Of a DNA stretch of 64,000 bases, positions 35,665 to 48,900 are shown one piece after another. A program made the translations under genes and the position numbers. The first letter of the stretch is position 1. Each line of letters begins with the position of its first letter. The DNA comes from Podarcis cretensis (lineage: Eukaryota), in the NCBI GenBank assembly GCA_951804945.1, contig OX638150.1, forward strand, positions 38,316,001 to 38,380,000, written 5' to 3'. The notes beneath the pieces were generated by a model. That model did not search any database. It was not told the origin of the DNA and worked only from the letters and a program-made list of their open reading frames with translations.

Positions 35665-38600
35665 GATTTGCATCTGGATATGCTCAGAGTTCCTGTTATA
35701 GTAACTGCCTGATGGCTTGCAGATTTGTTAAGTCCCCAAACTGCGCTTAGGAGTGTTTATTTTATTTTAAGCTGATTATCTCTTAGAACACACCTTTTCC
35801 AGAAAAGAAACTGGAGATGTTAGAAAGACATCCCCATAGAGCAATAAAACTCTCCTATGTGAAACTGGAAAACTGAACAAATCAGTTAGGACTTATTTCA
35901 TATTGTTGAGTGTTGGCAAGTGTATAAGCCATGAGCACTGTGTGTTAAAATGACATTGAGATTAAGCAGCTAGAAAACAGATGCAACAAAAATTGGCTGT
36001 TCATGAATGGATAATCTAATGAAAATTCAAGTTAAATATGAACTGATATAAAAGAAGAACCTGAAGCGTGAATGGCACTTGCGAACCATCTCATGACTGC
36101 AAGTCATATAACAAATGTCATTTTTTAAAATATAAAAATAGTAGGAATGTGATCAATAGCACCCAGAAAGCAAGGACATCCAGTGAGAACACTGAGATGG
36201 CACAGGAGTTCAACAGAGGCAATGAGGTTTTGAACTTCAATTAAAGAGAAAGAACATCACAAAATTGGCATGCTGAACTTTTTTTGTTGGTCTCCTTTTA
36301 AAAGAGCATTATCATTTGAACAGCTCTCTCCTTTTAAGTTTTGAGCCCATAAGTTTAGATGAGAACGAAGCACAAATCATAAAGCAGTACAGCAAAGAAA
36401 GTTTCTGAGGACAAGCCTGAGTAGAAACATGTTACACATAAAATGGCTGTCCGGTTATGGTGAAATGGTTGGGCATAATGCTGTGATTGTTTCCCCCGAA
36501 AGGCTTTATTAAGTCATGAAAAGCAACCATCCATTGCATCAGGTTATGCAGAGAACCAGAAGAGCAAAGAAAGAGGCCATTTAATCTGTTCCTTGCCAAC
36601 TAATTGTCTATTCAGGATTTGCAAATCAGGGGCAAGGAAAGGGCTCAACAACCCCTTCTCCCACTCTGCTTGCCCCTTCCTCTGTTTGAAGCCACCTATA
36701 TCTACTTTACATGGCAAAAGAGAGTTTTAAGGAGAACAAGGAAGGAGAAATGAGGATGTTAGAGGGTAGTACTAATGGCTTGAACCTAATGGAACCGGCC
36801 ACTCAAATCTTAGAACTCAATGGGTGCCACTTGGTGCAAGACAGAAATTTTAAAGTGCGAACAGGCTGTATCAGCCCTGAAGAAAAAGGTATCTGGTATA
36901 TAAATATAGCAAAACAAACAAACAAACCTAGCACAAGCATATTACCAATTAACTTATAGATCTGCCACACTATAAAAAGAGACTTCTAAATCAGCATATA
37001 ATCTTTAGCAATGTCTGGGAGAGCTTGCTTTAAATGAGGCGGCTCCTCAAAGTAAAATTGGTACAGCAGAGTCCAGTGTGATACCTCCAAACTCTGAAGA
37101 AAAAAGGAGAAAGACACCAGAAACATGGAGAGGGAGGATAATGGGTAGGTCACTACAGAAAATGAGACAATTCTTATTTGGTGCAAAGCAGCAGACACAC
37201 GAGGAAAAAAAATCTGTCAGGTGCTGTTGAGCATTTATGGAGCAATGGCTTAAAATATATTTTGAGAGATGGTCTGTTATTTTTCACAATTTGTGTGGGC
37301 AGTTTCGCTGATACCTGAGAACGCACGTGAAGGAAAATGAGAGGACAAGGTCTATATTATGCAGGGAGCAGACTGCTAAACAGTGACAAGTGAGAAGGCC
37401 AGGAAAAGGCAAGTTGAGGGATGCTCCAGACACTGGCAAGCTGGTTGAAGGATGCACAGAATATGGAAATATGACTCTGGTTTTCAAAACAGGAAGAAGA
37501 ATTGAACGGATGCCTTGGAAATCTTTTTAATGCTGGGATGTGTCCAAGTCTCAATTTCCCCACACATACCAACAGGATAAATCGTTCTTTTTGCAACCTT
37601 GATGGTCAGTTTCTTGGGGGGGAAAGATGAAATGTGTTTCCTATTTGAAACCTGATGTTACACAGAAAGGGGGGGGAAATGATATTTCACTGGAAGTAAA
37701 GCAAGGGAAGAGTACGCAAGAATGATCAAATTAGCTGAAGTTGTGTTATAACTTATTGGGCTAGTTTGCTTGACAGCACCAAACAAAACAAATGTCTCCT
37801 CTCCCACCTACATCTCAACCCACCCAGGCCAAAGTGAGCTCATAGAACTCCACTTATCTGCAACACCTATCATCATTCAAAAAAATAAAAACATTTATTC
37901 AGTGATTATGAGAAATCTAGTCATAGTACAGACTTAGGCATTCCAGTAAAAAGAATATTGGAATACTCAGGAAGGACATAAAGGGCTATCTGCTCCTCAC
38001 ATTTGCTTATGACAGCTGATCAAACAAAACACTTGGCAGTATGAGGAACGAAGAGAGATCTGATAAACTCAGAGGGGAAATATTTGTTCTGTATAAATAC
38101 CAAGGCAAGACAAGGCAAGACAAATGAAGAAAAAAGAGGGACAAAGAACACCGTGGTTCTTCTCCAACAGTTCTCAACATTTGGGACCTCAGGATCAATT
38201 GGGTCCATCGTCATTCACGAAAAGAGCTGCACTTCAGAATATTAGCTTCAGAATGCATATTTGGCTGGATTTATACAATCGTTTCTAATTTACTTGTGTT
38301 GATTTTTGGCTATCACAGCATGTTGGGAGCTACATGGAACTCGGTCTTCTGAAAAGATTTAACACAGACTGAATTCCTTGTTTTAAAATGGCTGCCATGA
38401 TGGAGGAGTTCAGGAGCCAAAGGCCTGTTAAATCCTCCCCAAAGAGCAGGTCCCACTTGAATGTTGCTGTGGCAATTGTATAAATCCACCTTTTGGGTAA
38501 CTCATGTTTGAGGTAAGACACATTAGCTAGGAAGTTCTGCCATCTATATAGTCTGTAAACTCGTAAGTTATTTGCTGGAAAGTAAAGCTCAAGCAATGAC

Positions 38601-38801
38601 TTAATTAATTCAATTTGGCTACAATCTTTCAAGGGAAGCATTCAAAAAGTTATTTGAAGACTACAGCATCAGGGTCCTAATCACTGCAGCCTTATTATCT
38701 ATTCTATGGAGGACATTCTTTTCTTCTGGAGAGTGCTGATAAATGTGTGCAATTCTCAGAACATTTCCTCAAGAATTGTCCCTGGCAAAGTCAAGGAGAC
38801 C

Positions 38802-39157
38802 ATGGGTGGGATTCATTGTCACGCTGTTACAAATGTTCTGCCTACACAAGCATATCAGCTTGCCAGATGGAACAATCCCCCCTCCCACCGTGTTGTTCTG
38901 GGGGGCCCTCCTGCCTCCCAAGAACCAAATTTTGGGGGGTGCAGGAGGAAGAGAAGGGGGAAAGCCCTGCTGTAAAACAGAAGCCCTCCTGCAGGGCTTC
39001 CACTAATAGGGTTTATTAGATGAATCCCAACCATTCAGAGTAAGTGGCTTGTGGACTACAGTCAGTGAGTACCTGAGAGGGTATATAAAGAAGGACCAAC
39101 CTTTTCATAAGGTCACCAGACCTATTACCTCATTTTCTTTTGTACTGAAAAATACAC
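38802..39157 (+). repeat. MITE-like element (38802-39034) plus flank; direct repeat copy 2
   Basis: Inverted termini atgggtgggattca / tgaatcccaaccat. Confidence 0.85.
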
Positions 39158-39829
39158 AATTTCACAGATGGCCTCACAACAGCAGTCTGCAGTCATGGGA
39201 GTCAGGATTTGTTAAAAAATACATATTGTACAGGCTTTACTGTTATCCTCACAACACCCCTGTGAGGTAGGTTAGCTTTATGAATGCCATTTCATAAATT
39301 GTAAAGGGAGGACAGGAGCATTTTCCTCAACCCCCCCTCCTTTCCATACAATTAAGTGGCAATATTCAGGAAGATCTCACTCCTTCCAGAGTCGTGTTCA
39401 AATTCACCAGTCTCGTTTGTTTGGCAGAGGCATATTGTGTCTTAGCATTGCTGTACAAACAGAGCATCATGCAAGGGGAGTAGCATGAGATAGTCAATCA
39501 CAATTGAATAGCAAAACTCTCTTTGTACCAGAAAACAACCCCTGCAGCTTATCACGAGTGCGGCAACTGCTTGGCTGCTGACAGCCCATTTTTGAAAGGA
39601 AGTACAAAGTGTGGCTTCTCAAACCTGGAATGTTCGATGTTTAAGGCAAAGCACAACAGGAAATGAAATAATGATAAAACATGACAGAAATAGTCCCTAC
39701 AGGCAATAATAAATATATAAGGAAGCTGACAGCAGAACGTCTCTCTTTTCCCTACTCCTGAGGCTTTACAGAACTCTCTCGAACATGGCTGGGACAAGGA
39801 GCCCACCACTTACAACCAGTGACAGCAGT

Positions 39830-39943
39830 CTATATCTCCATATCCACGGGTCTGATATTACCGGTTTTGTGTTCTTTTACCCACAGTTCCCTGTCTTTGG
39901 CTGGATCCACTTTCTGAAGCAACTGATCCACGGGTTCTACTGT
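39830..39943 (-). CDS. GAS7: GAS7 last coding exon (TVEPVDQLLQKVDPAKDRELWVKEHKTGNIRPVDMEI*)
   Basis: ttttag acceptor, TAG at 39832-39830. Confidence 0.96.
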   Translation of the reverse strand, partial: TVEPVDQLLQKVDPAKDRELWVKEHKTGNIRPVDMEI

Positions 39944-42900
39944 CTAAAAGACATAGAAACAACAGCAGTGTTACCATAAGAGCATAAGGGAATGCTTCAT
40001 GAGACACCCTAGCAAAACTGAACCACTTCCCCACCTCCTTCTCCCAGTTCTTCAGATTTGTTTCCTCACCGTGCTCAGACAACATTTCCAACTAGGCCTT
40101 GAGCTATTCCAAGGGTACCATTTTGAAAGAAGAGCAGACCACAGATCAAGGAGGCCAATGCGTTTTAATAGATCGTTTGTTTTTTCAAGTCAGCTGTGGT
40201 ACTTATGCCATTGTCTACACTGGAGGGCAAGAGTTTGGGGGGCTCAGTGCAACTCTAAGGCCTTGGGTTTACAAGGGCCTGCTGAAATACTGCTTCAGAA
40301 AGGAGAAAAGGCCAAGCAGACTCACACTTTGGTTGAACATATCTGTCTCGTGCCGCAACTGCGTATATTGACAAAGGTGCTGCCGAATCATCTCCACTCT
40401 CTCCACCTCTAGCCTCTCAAGCTCCTAAAAGGAAACAATAAAAGATTTTCATTAAAAGATGGGGGATAAGGCAGTATACTTGAACATCCAATGAAAGGTG
40501 AGATTGCTTTATGTGAACCACCTAGAATTTCTTAGTGACTAAGAACTTCACTATTGTTCTCTAAAGAATCCATCCAAAACGAGAGCATGGATCAAACAAG
40601 AGCTGAAGCAGATGAGGGCTTTACCTGCTACCACAGCTCCTACTATGAATTCCCAATCGATAGTCTCTGTAATGAGCCTTCTCAGAATGCAGGGGCCACT
40701 GTAACAGTGCACAGACCAGAAAAACTGTTGCATACACAATGTATGCTGAATTTGCCAAGATAGCTTTTTAAGGTTTAATGTTTTGCTATGTTTTTATATA
40801 TGCTGGAAGCCGCCCAGAGTTGGACCTGAGAATGTTGTGGCAAGATCAGGCATGAGCTGAACTTTTGATAATGTTTACCAGATGGGCACTTATCACTGAA
40901 GTTTTGCAAGCATAACATGGAGAGACCCTACATGACATACCAGAGAGGTGGTCACCATTTCTTCAAACCACTTTGACTGGGCTTGATTATACAGATCCAC
41001 ACAGCGCATGAGGTCATCTCCTGCAACACACAAAGCAAAGCAAAGAACAGTGAGTAACTTTTTTTTTTTTTTTGCAAGCCCACTCACTCGCCCTAAAGGT
41101 TACTTAGAAGTGAAAGTGCAGTTATCTACAAGTTTCTACATGCAAGGTGTTAAGACCAAAGAGAATGTAGTGTAGCTAAATCAAACTCATTAGGAGAGAA
41201 GTGAGTGGTGATCTCTCCATCCTTATTAATAGGAGTGAAACATAGTTGTCAAACACAAACCACGGGCTCATCCAGCTGGACAGCATGCCTCACAATGGAG
41301 CATGTTTGTAAGACAAACACTGAGAAACAAACCAGTCCAGTGATTTCCTACCTCCCAGGTGTGTCCTCCTCTCCCTTCAAGGAAATCTCCCCAAGTCTCC
41401 CTGGCCACAGAGGCCAAGAGTCATGAAAATATTCAGAAACTGTGCCATGGAACAAAGGGAAAAATATTGTTCCCCACTTTTTGAAATTTCAATTGGACTG
41501 AGAAACAAAAGTACAGTTCAGTGAGGAAACAAAATGGAGTTTTTGCCCCAAGCCTTGGATATTTATTCGCTATGTCAAATGGGCAATCCATGCTTGCTTT
41601 ATGGCTTCCCTTTGTTAAACTCTCTTTACTGGCCAGGAGTAGCTGTCAGGGAGGGACAAGTGGCACCATATACCTGATTTCCTTGCAGCAGAATTACTGT
41701 CATGTACCAGAATGGTGTGGAGGTGCAGCAGGGCAGCAGTGATGTCATATGAGCAGAGCCAATCAAGCGCCCCTGCCTAGCCCTCACTGCTACCCTCACG
41801 TTGCAGCATGCTGGTAAGCAGCAGGAAAAGCTGCTCCTCTTATCAGTTGCAGTATGGATCATTCTAATGCTGCTACTACCCGAGACCCTAAATATTGTTT
41901 TCAAGTAGAACAAATGCAGAAGCAGACCCAGGCTAATGCTGTTTTTAAATCATATGATTTTTAAAGCAAGGATTTTGAGTCGAGCAGCAGTGAATATCTC
42001 TCCTGCCATCTAGTGTACAAATCAGAGAGTATGTATTTTATAAAATGCAATTTACATGGAATCACGAAGTGTTGAATGTAGAGAGCACCTCCAGAACTAC
42101 TTTCTGCTAGTCACATATTTAATACAAGGAAACAGAGAAGAAATGGACAAATTTAGTCACAGAAAGTCACATCACTGGACTAACCAGCTTCAAGGAGTGT
42201 TGACAATTTGATATACTAAACTCCTGTCTGACTCTTCCAGCATTACAAAGACCTGCATAATTGGTCACTTTTCCTTAATTGCTCTACATACTTTTCCTCC
42301 TCTTGTCTTTCAGATGTATGTAACAGTGGTCCTTTGGGGGGCGGGGGGAGAAGCTAAATCCTGGAACTTATCAATAGCACCTAAACCTTGGGGTGTCTGT
42401 AGTAAATATTTGCGATCTAAGCAGAAGGAAGGAACTGTTATGAATTCAGTCCTGATCAACACCAAATGTTAAGATTCAGGAAGTTAGTCAGCCTTCCTCA
42501 ACCTGGTGTCCATCAGATGCTGTTGGAACACAACTGTTATCATCCTTGGCTATTAGCCATGCTGGCTAGGACTGATGGAAGTTGTAGTCCAACAACATCT
42601 GGAGGGCATCACATTGGGGAAGTGGAGTAACCCAGTCAGCATTTGTGCTCTCTTTATCCTCTCACAAAATAGTGCTTCCTGAACTTAAGTTTTCTCCTTA
42701 GCTAAAACAGCAGGGACTCTGTTCCATCTAACTTTCTTTTTACACCACTGTTCCCTGTCTTCTTAACACACGTTATCCTCACTCACCAGCTTGGGTGGAC
42801 TTCCGCCTAGCCTTCTTAATTTCCTCTTCTGTCTTGTTGCTGAGTTTTATCTCCAACTGCTGTGTTTTCATCTCTAAATCCTTTTGCCTCTCCGATAATG

Positions 42901-45900
42901 CTTTTCGGGCCTTGAAACAAAAAGAAATGGCCATGAAATCCTCCTCAGCAGAAAAACAATACCCATTTGCCTCCTCTTTTTCATATTCCTCCCCCTCTTT
43001 CAGAATTAATCACTGCAATATGGAACATATGCCCTTGTTGGAGGCCATGAACCTGGAACATGAACCATGAGACACAGAGATTCTTCCTCTTCTGTGTGAT
43101 AGTTTTAGCACCACAGAAAAGATTGAAGGTGCTCTTCAGAGTAGTTCTTCAGATGTGGCAACTATTAAATCATTAGGAATGCTGGAGCAAACAACATTTA
43201 ATAATATTAATATCTACACTATGTTCGTCTGAGAAGTCAGCTACTTTGGCTTAATATAGGGCACGCTAAAAAGTTGAAGTATGAACTACATGCACTTGTT
43301 TCTTCAAACCAAAACAGATTTGGCAGGGGAAGAAACATAAGCTATCGTTGTCTGTTTCTGAAGGTGGCATTGCCAAGTTATCCCTAACCTTCAGGCAGCC
43401 CACTGACCCCCCTCAAATGAACTCATCTGACTGCTTTGGCTTACCTTTTCCACGGATGCATACCGGCTAACCAGCTGCTTCCTCAGATCAGCAATGTGAT
43501 GGTCATACTTCTTCATGTCTTTCTTGAAGTTTTCTCGGAAGTTGAGAAGGGGTTTCTCCACCTCTGCCTGGAGCTGAAACAAAGGGCAAGGGAAATTTGG
43601 TTGAGGAAGGAATAATGGCTGATAATTGATACACCTCTATTTTGGCCACAATTCTTTCAAGGTGTATGGCATAGTGTGGGTGACACACTCTATTTTTATT
43701 TATTTGTTTATTCATTCATTCAAGTTAAATCCCACCCATCCTTCTGAAGGAGTCCATGCTGACAAATACATCCATAATGGAACAATTTAGAAAAAAATTA
43801 AAAACCCCCAATTACAATTACAAATATTTTCTCATCCACAGCATCTGGTGATTCCAGGATGCCAGGAGCACTATACTTCAAACATCAATTGGAATAGTAA
43901 CAGCACCGGGGGAGAAAGTATTTTTAGCCTTGTCTCCAAGTTCTGTATTCCTGATTGAAATCTCCTCCTTGAAACTGCTATTATCCCCCCTCAGAGAAAA
44001 AGACAGATGCTTGTAACAGTATTGTATTTCCCCCAACAGGACTAGCAAGTGCAGGCGGGGTGGGGGTGGGGAATGGGTGTTCAAAAAATAGCCTTTCCCC
44101 TCAGCAACGGTGTGTCAGTCAAAATGCTGCACATCCCAATTTAACAGAGAGAAAAGAGCTGGGAGATCTGGCCATGGATTTCCCGGTCACATCTGTTTTG
44201 GCTCTCAAACACAACGACATCAGTACTGTCTGCAAAGCAGACCTATTCTGTCTCAACCAACTGCAGGAACGAAAAAGGCAACCAGGGGAAGGACATTTCC
44301 ACCCCAAGTGATGATTTAGATGCATGTGTACTACATAACCAGCCAAACACTGACTCAGTATATATTTCAACATGTCTGCAACAATTGAAACCATGAAGCA
44401 GGCAAAATTTGTCTGCTGTCTAATCTCTTAACAACTTGATCACAAGAAGGGCAGTTATTCAGCTGAATCAATAGTCTTGGGACTGCTGAGGATTCCTTCC
44501 AGGCACAGACTGATGAAAAAAAGGTCACTTGAACTAATAGTTTTCTTTCTAAAGAAGTGCTGTGATAGCATTGAAGGTAGTTAATTTCTACCCATCCCAG
44601 ATTTTCAAACTGAATACCGCCCCAGCACACATATTATGCAGTAATCACACAACCCATACACTAAACTCCACCCACATTAACTGAGCTTGCAGCCTTGAGC
44701 ATTGTGATTCCAAGGAAACTGGCACATTTATCAGATGAAAATGGAAAAAAGTTATCTGCAGAACTTGTCTCTATCAGAGGATATGCACCCATTAAGTGAT
44801 AATTCCACAATGTGCTAACCTATTTTTCTGCTTATTTCTAAGCTGCTAACCTTTGAATAAGGCTGTTTATAATTTTTAATTGGAAGTGCAATTCAACGAT
44901 AAAAGCTTTCAAATTTTACTATTTTAATGCTTTAATCTCTCTCATGGACTTGACTCATAGTACTTGAAAAAGATCAACTTTGGTTGGTTCAAGGATGGTA
45001 TTTGCCCAGATATGGAAAGAGGATGCTGTTCCAACTAAGGAAGAGTGGTTGACAAAACTGATGGATTACGCCAAAATGTCAAAATTAACAGGTGTGCTAA
45101 GAAACCAAGAGAATTTATTATTATTATTAAGGAGTGGGGAATATTTGTGGAATATTTGAAAAACCATGGTATGCAACTAAGTATGTTGGTAGGCTTAACT
45201 TAAAACAAAAAGTTAAAAGGATGATTAAGATTAATTGTAGAACAATTTGAAATGGAGTAAAGTGGAAAATGCAGTGTTAAAAATTTAAATAAGAAACCAC
45301 AAAAGGGGGGGAGGGAAGTCTGACATGTATTTGTATTGGAAGTACAAGACTGTAAGATGTGTATCTGTAAACTTTTGAAAACGGAAAATATTTAATAATA
45401 ATAATAATAAAACTTTGGCTGGTTCATGCCTAAAGTGTGCATTCTTAGGTGCTTTCTTAGGAATCAATGAAGGGACCACAGATCAATGGCAGAGGGCATG
45501 CTTTGAGTGCAGAAGGTTCAAAGTTCAAACCTAGGCATCCCCACTTAAAAAAAGGATTGCAGAACAGATTATGTAGGAGACCACTGCCAGCCAGAGTAAA
45601 CAACAGTCTGTCCTGATGGAAGGCAGCTTCCTATCAACCAGCATTAGAGGGCCACAACAGTCATTTGCTTAAATAGCTTCTGATTTGGGGGAAAACCAAC
45701 TCACTGGGATCCTTCTGTTCCTCAGACATCTTATCCAGTTTACCCATGAAAATCCCGCAAATGCAGCTTTTATGTAAAACTGAACCCCAGTGTTCAGAAA
45801 ACATGTTCTGCTGGTCTCAACCCCACACAGAAGATTCCTTATGAAGTGATTACCTTGGAGGAAAACTTGAGGTGAACCTCTGCTTCATCAGCCAGGCTTT

Positions 45901-48900
45901 TCTTCAGCTGAGACCAAGACTCTCCAAGCGTCCTGAAACATATGTGACGGGTAAGAAATTTACTCATTCATTAGCATCCAATTCTCATCATTACAAACGT
46001 ACGTTTCTGTTAGCAGTAGCATTCCAAATACTACACATAATGGGAACAGTGGCATTTCAGAGTGCTGAACTCAAAAGACAAAAAATGTAAATTATCTTAC
46101 ATAATTTTTCTCTCTAGACTCATGTTCAGATTCACATTTGGGGGGAGGAAGATGAACATAATTATTTTCAGCAAAATCTCATCCCATTTCCCCCATCCAC
46201 CCCCTGGAATAAATTACGCTCACAATCCCTTAGTGCTGTTTAGGCTCATAATTACCATTCATTTGAGACAAACTAGCAACTTTTCTACCTGTGCTCTTAC
46301 TTGTAGTTATAATAATTCAGCAGAGGTAACTAATGACTTCTTCAGCTACTGATTCGAGTGTGTAATTTGATACTTTTTAAATACCAAAAGGGATAGCTTA
46401 ACTATAAATTGAAGCATAATATGTAGAGTAGCCATAAAATGCTGATTAGATCCAGAGTGTCTCCCATCAGACTCCAATTACATTTAGGAAGGTTTTACCT
46501 AATGAGGAGCCGTTTGGATGAGTTGTTTGTTTGTTTGTTAAGCCTCAAAATGTCAAACAATTGAAATGAGCCCATGACAACACAGAGAATTGAATTAATT
46601 TTCTCAGGTGACAGAAAATAAACAATGTGATTTCTTTTAATAGTCTTTTCAAACATGTCTTCCAAACTCTTAGTAGCTCCTCCAAGCAGTGTCCAATAAC
46701 TTGTGAGAATTAGTCTACTGGAGGGTATAATAACATAAGGTAACATTAGGTAATGAGCTGGAAGTTTACACGAGTTTCATCATTGAAAAAGACAGGATAT
46801 AAATGTAATGAATGCCAGGTGACAAAGAAAGTTAATCTGCCTTGCTACATGTCCCCTCCCCCCCATATCACAAAAAATTTAAAAGTTCAATAGCCACTGA
46901 AACAGAAGAAACGTAAATGATACTGGACAGTTTGCTAGTGTCTGAAAGCCATCTTAATACTATAGACGGACATGCTGAAATCCAAAGTTTTTGTACAAGA
47001 CAGGAATTATTTTGCCTACATCTCTTTTGGAACCAGGAATTGAATGCATCCAAGCAGAAACCCAATTCACTATTTGGTATGCAGGCATGCCCCATTAAAA
47101 TTCCTCTTGTCCTCCAGAGTAGAAAATGAATAAACTGTGAATTCCTGCAATCAATATACTCTCCTCCAGGAGGACACAAACATTAAAAGGAACAAGGAAT
47201 TTGTTAAGGGAGCAAACTAAGTTATCAGATGTTTGCGATTCAATTATACTCTGTGGCAAGAAACATCAAAGGGTCTGTAGAGACTCCTTAGATGAACAAA
47301 TTTATTTAAAGGCTAACATTTATTTTGGGATATATTTTTGTAGACTAGAGTCCACCTCGTCAGATGCCACAGCGAATCTAGAATAGATGGAACTGCAAAG
47401 ACTTATAATGAAATACAAATCACATTCCCATCGCAAGAAAAATCAAATGTATCAAAAGGCTGCATTATATATGCTCATTGACCCCATTTGCAAATAACAG
47501 TAAGTCACGGTTAAAGTCTTATTTGGACTGAACAGTGTGCTAGAGCACATTGCCCAATCGCTTCCACTCTAGCTTGTCCCCTAGTGGGAGAAACAAGCCA
47601 TGAAGCCTGAACCTGAGATGTGGTGTGTTTCACTCTAACAAACCATGACTACTTATCGACATAAAGCCATTGTTTGTTGTTGGCTTGTTGATCTGGTTTA
47701 TTAAAGAGAAACAAAACAGAATCCCAGTTTGGACCTAACAACAAGCCAATGATTCATGGCTGGTTGTTCCCACTGGTGAGGCACAAAGCAGGAGTAATCA
47801 GGCAGTGTGCACTGCTCTGTCTTAATAAACCATTAACTATGGCTTACTGCTACTTGACAGCTGGCCTGCTATACAGTTGTGCTGGATTGAAACTTCCATG
47901 GAAAGAGAAGAGGTATATTTCTCTAGGATCCTTACTTTCTCTTCTAACTTCCAAACACTTAACACATTACTGAAGTATCAATACACTTTTTTTCTTTTCA
48001 TTTTTTCAATGGATAGGTGAGCAACTGATCCTCTTCTTCCCCATCAGAGTACAAATTACAACCTTTCATTCTTGTGCTGATTTCCAAAGAAAGAAACCAC
48101 ACAGGATGGACCCAAGGTCCAATGTCGATCCCAGACAGAAAGCAAGAAAGAGCGGAGAAATTATTTAAGTAAAGGCACAGGTTTTATAGCTACATGGGAT
48201 TTCATCCACTCTCACAATGGTAAGAATATGACCTTACCCTTCTTCCTGGGCAGCCAATGAGTTTTGCGATAGTTTGGACAAGTTCTTGGCATATTCTTCC
48301 TCAATCTTTATCCTGGAGAACGGAAGAACACCAGCAGAAATATATCATTTAGAAGAACAGTATCTCACATTACAATAGATGTTTTCACACATTGTATAAC
48401 TCAACTTGCAAAACCCAACAAGCTGAGTAATCATTATTGAAAATCCTCACCAAGGTAATACAGGTCAATTCTTGTGTCTTCAACCCTAACCCCATATATC
48501 TATGATGATGCAAAGAATAGGTTGTGTGTAACAGGACAAAGCAGCTCCACCTCCCTGGTATGTGGAACCAGGTTGGACAGCTCTTTCCGACTTGTCAAAA
48601 CAGCTGAATCTAGTCCAGCTCTTACCAGAAGCCAAAGCAAGATTTCGGTTTTCTTTAAGTCAAAAAATGTATTTATGATGCAAGAGGATCCACCTGCAAG
48701 AGGATCTTTCTCTGCTACTCCTCATAGTGAGATATTCCATTGTTCTACATAGCACCATCAATACAAACAGGCTGATAAATAAGGTGTGATGAACAAGTAG
48801 CCCTTTGACAATCTGCTTGGTCTTCCTCAGGGTCTGAATCTTCCCCTTCCAGGTCTCCTAGCCTTCCCTTGGCATCAGACACTTCTTGAGACCCCAATTC

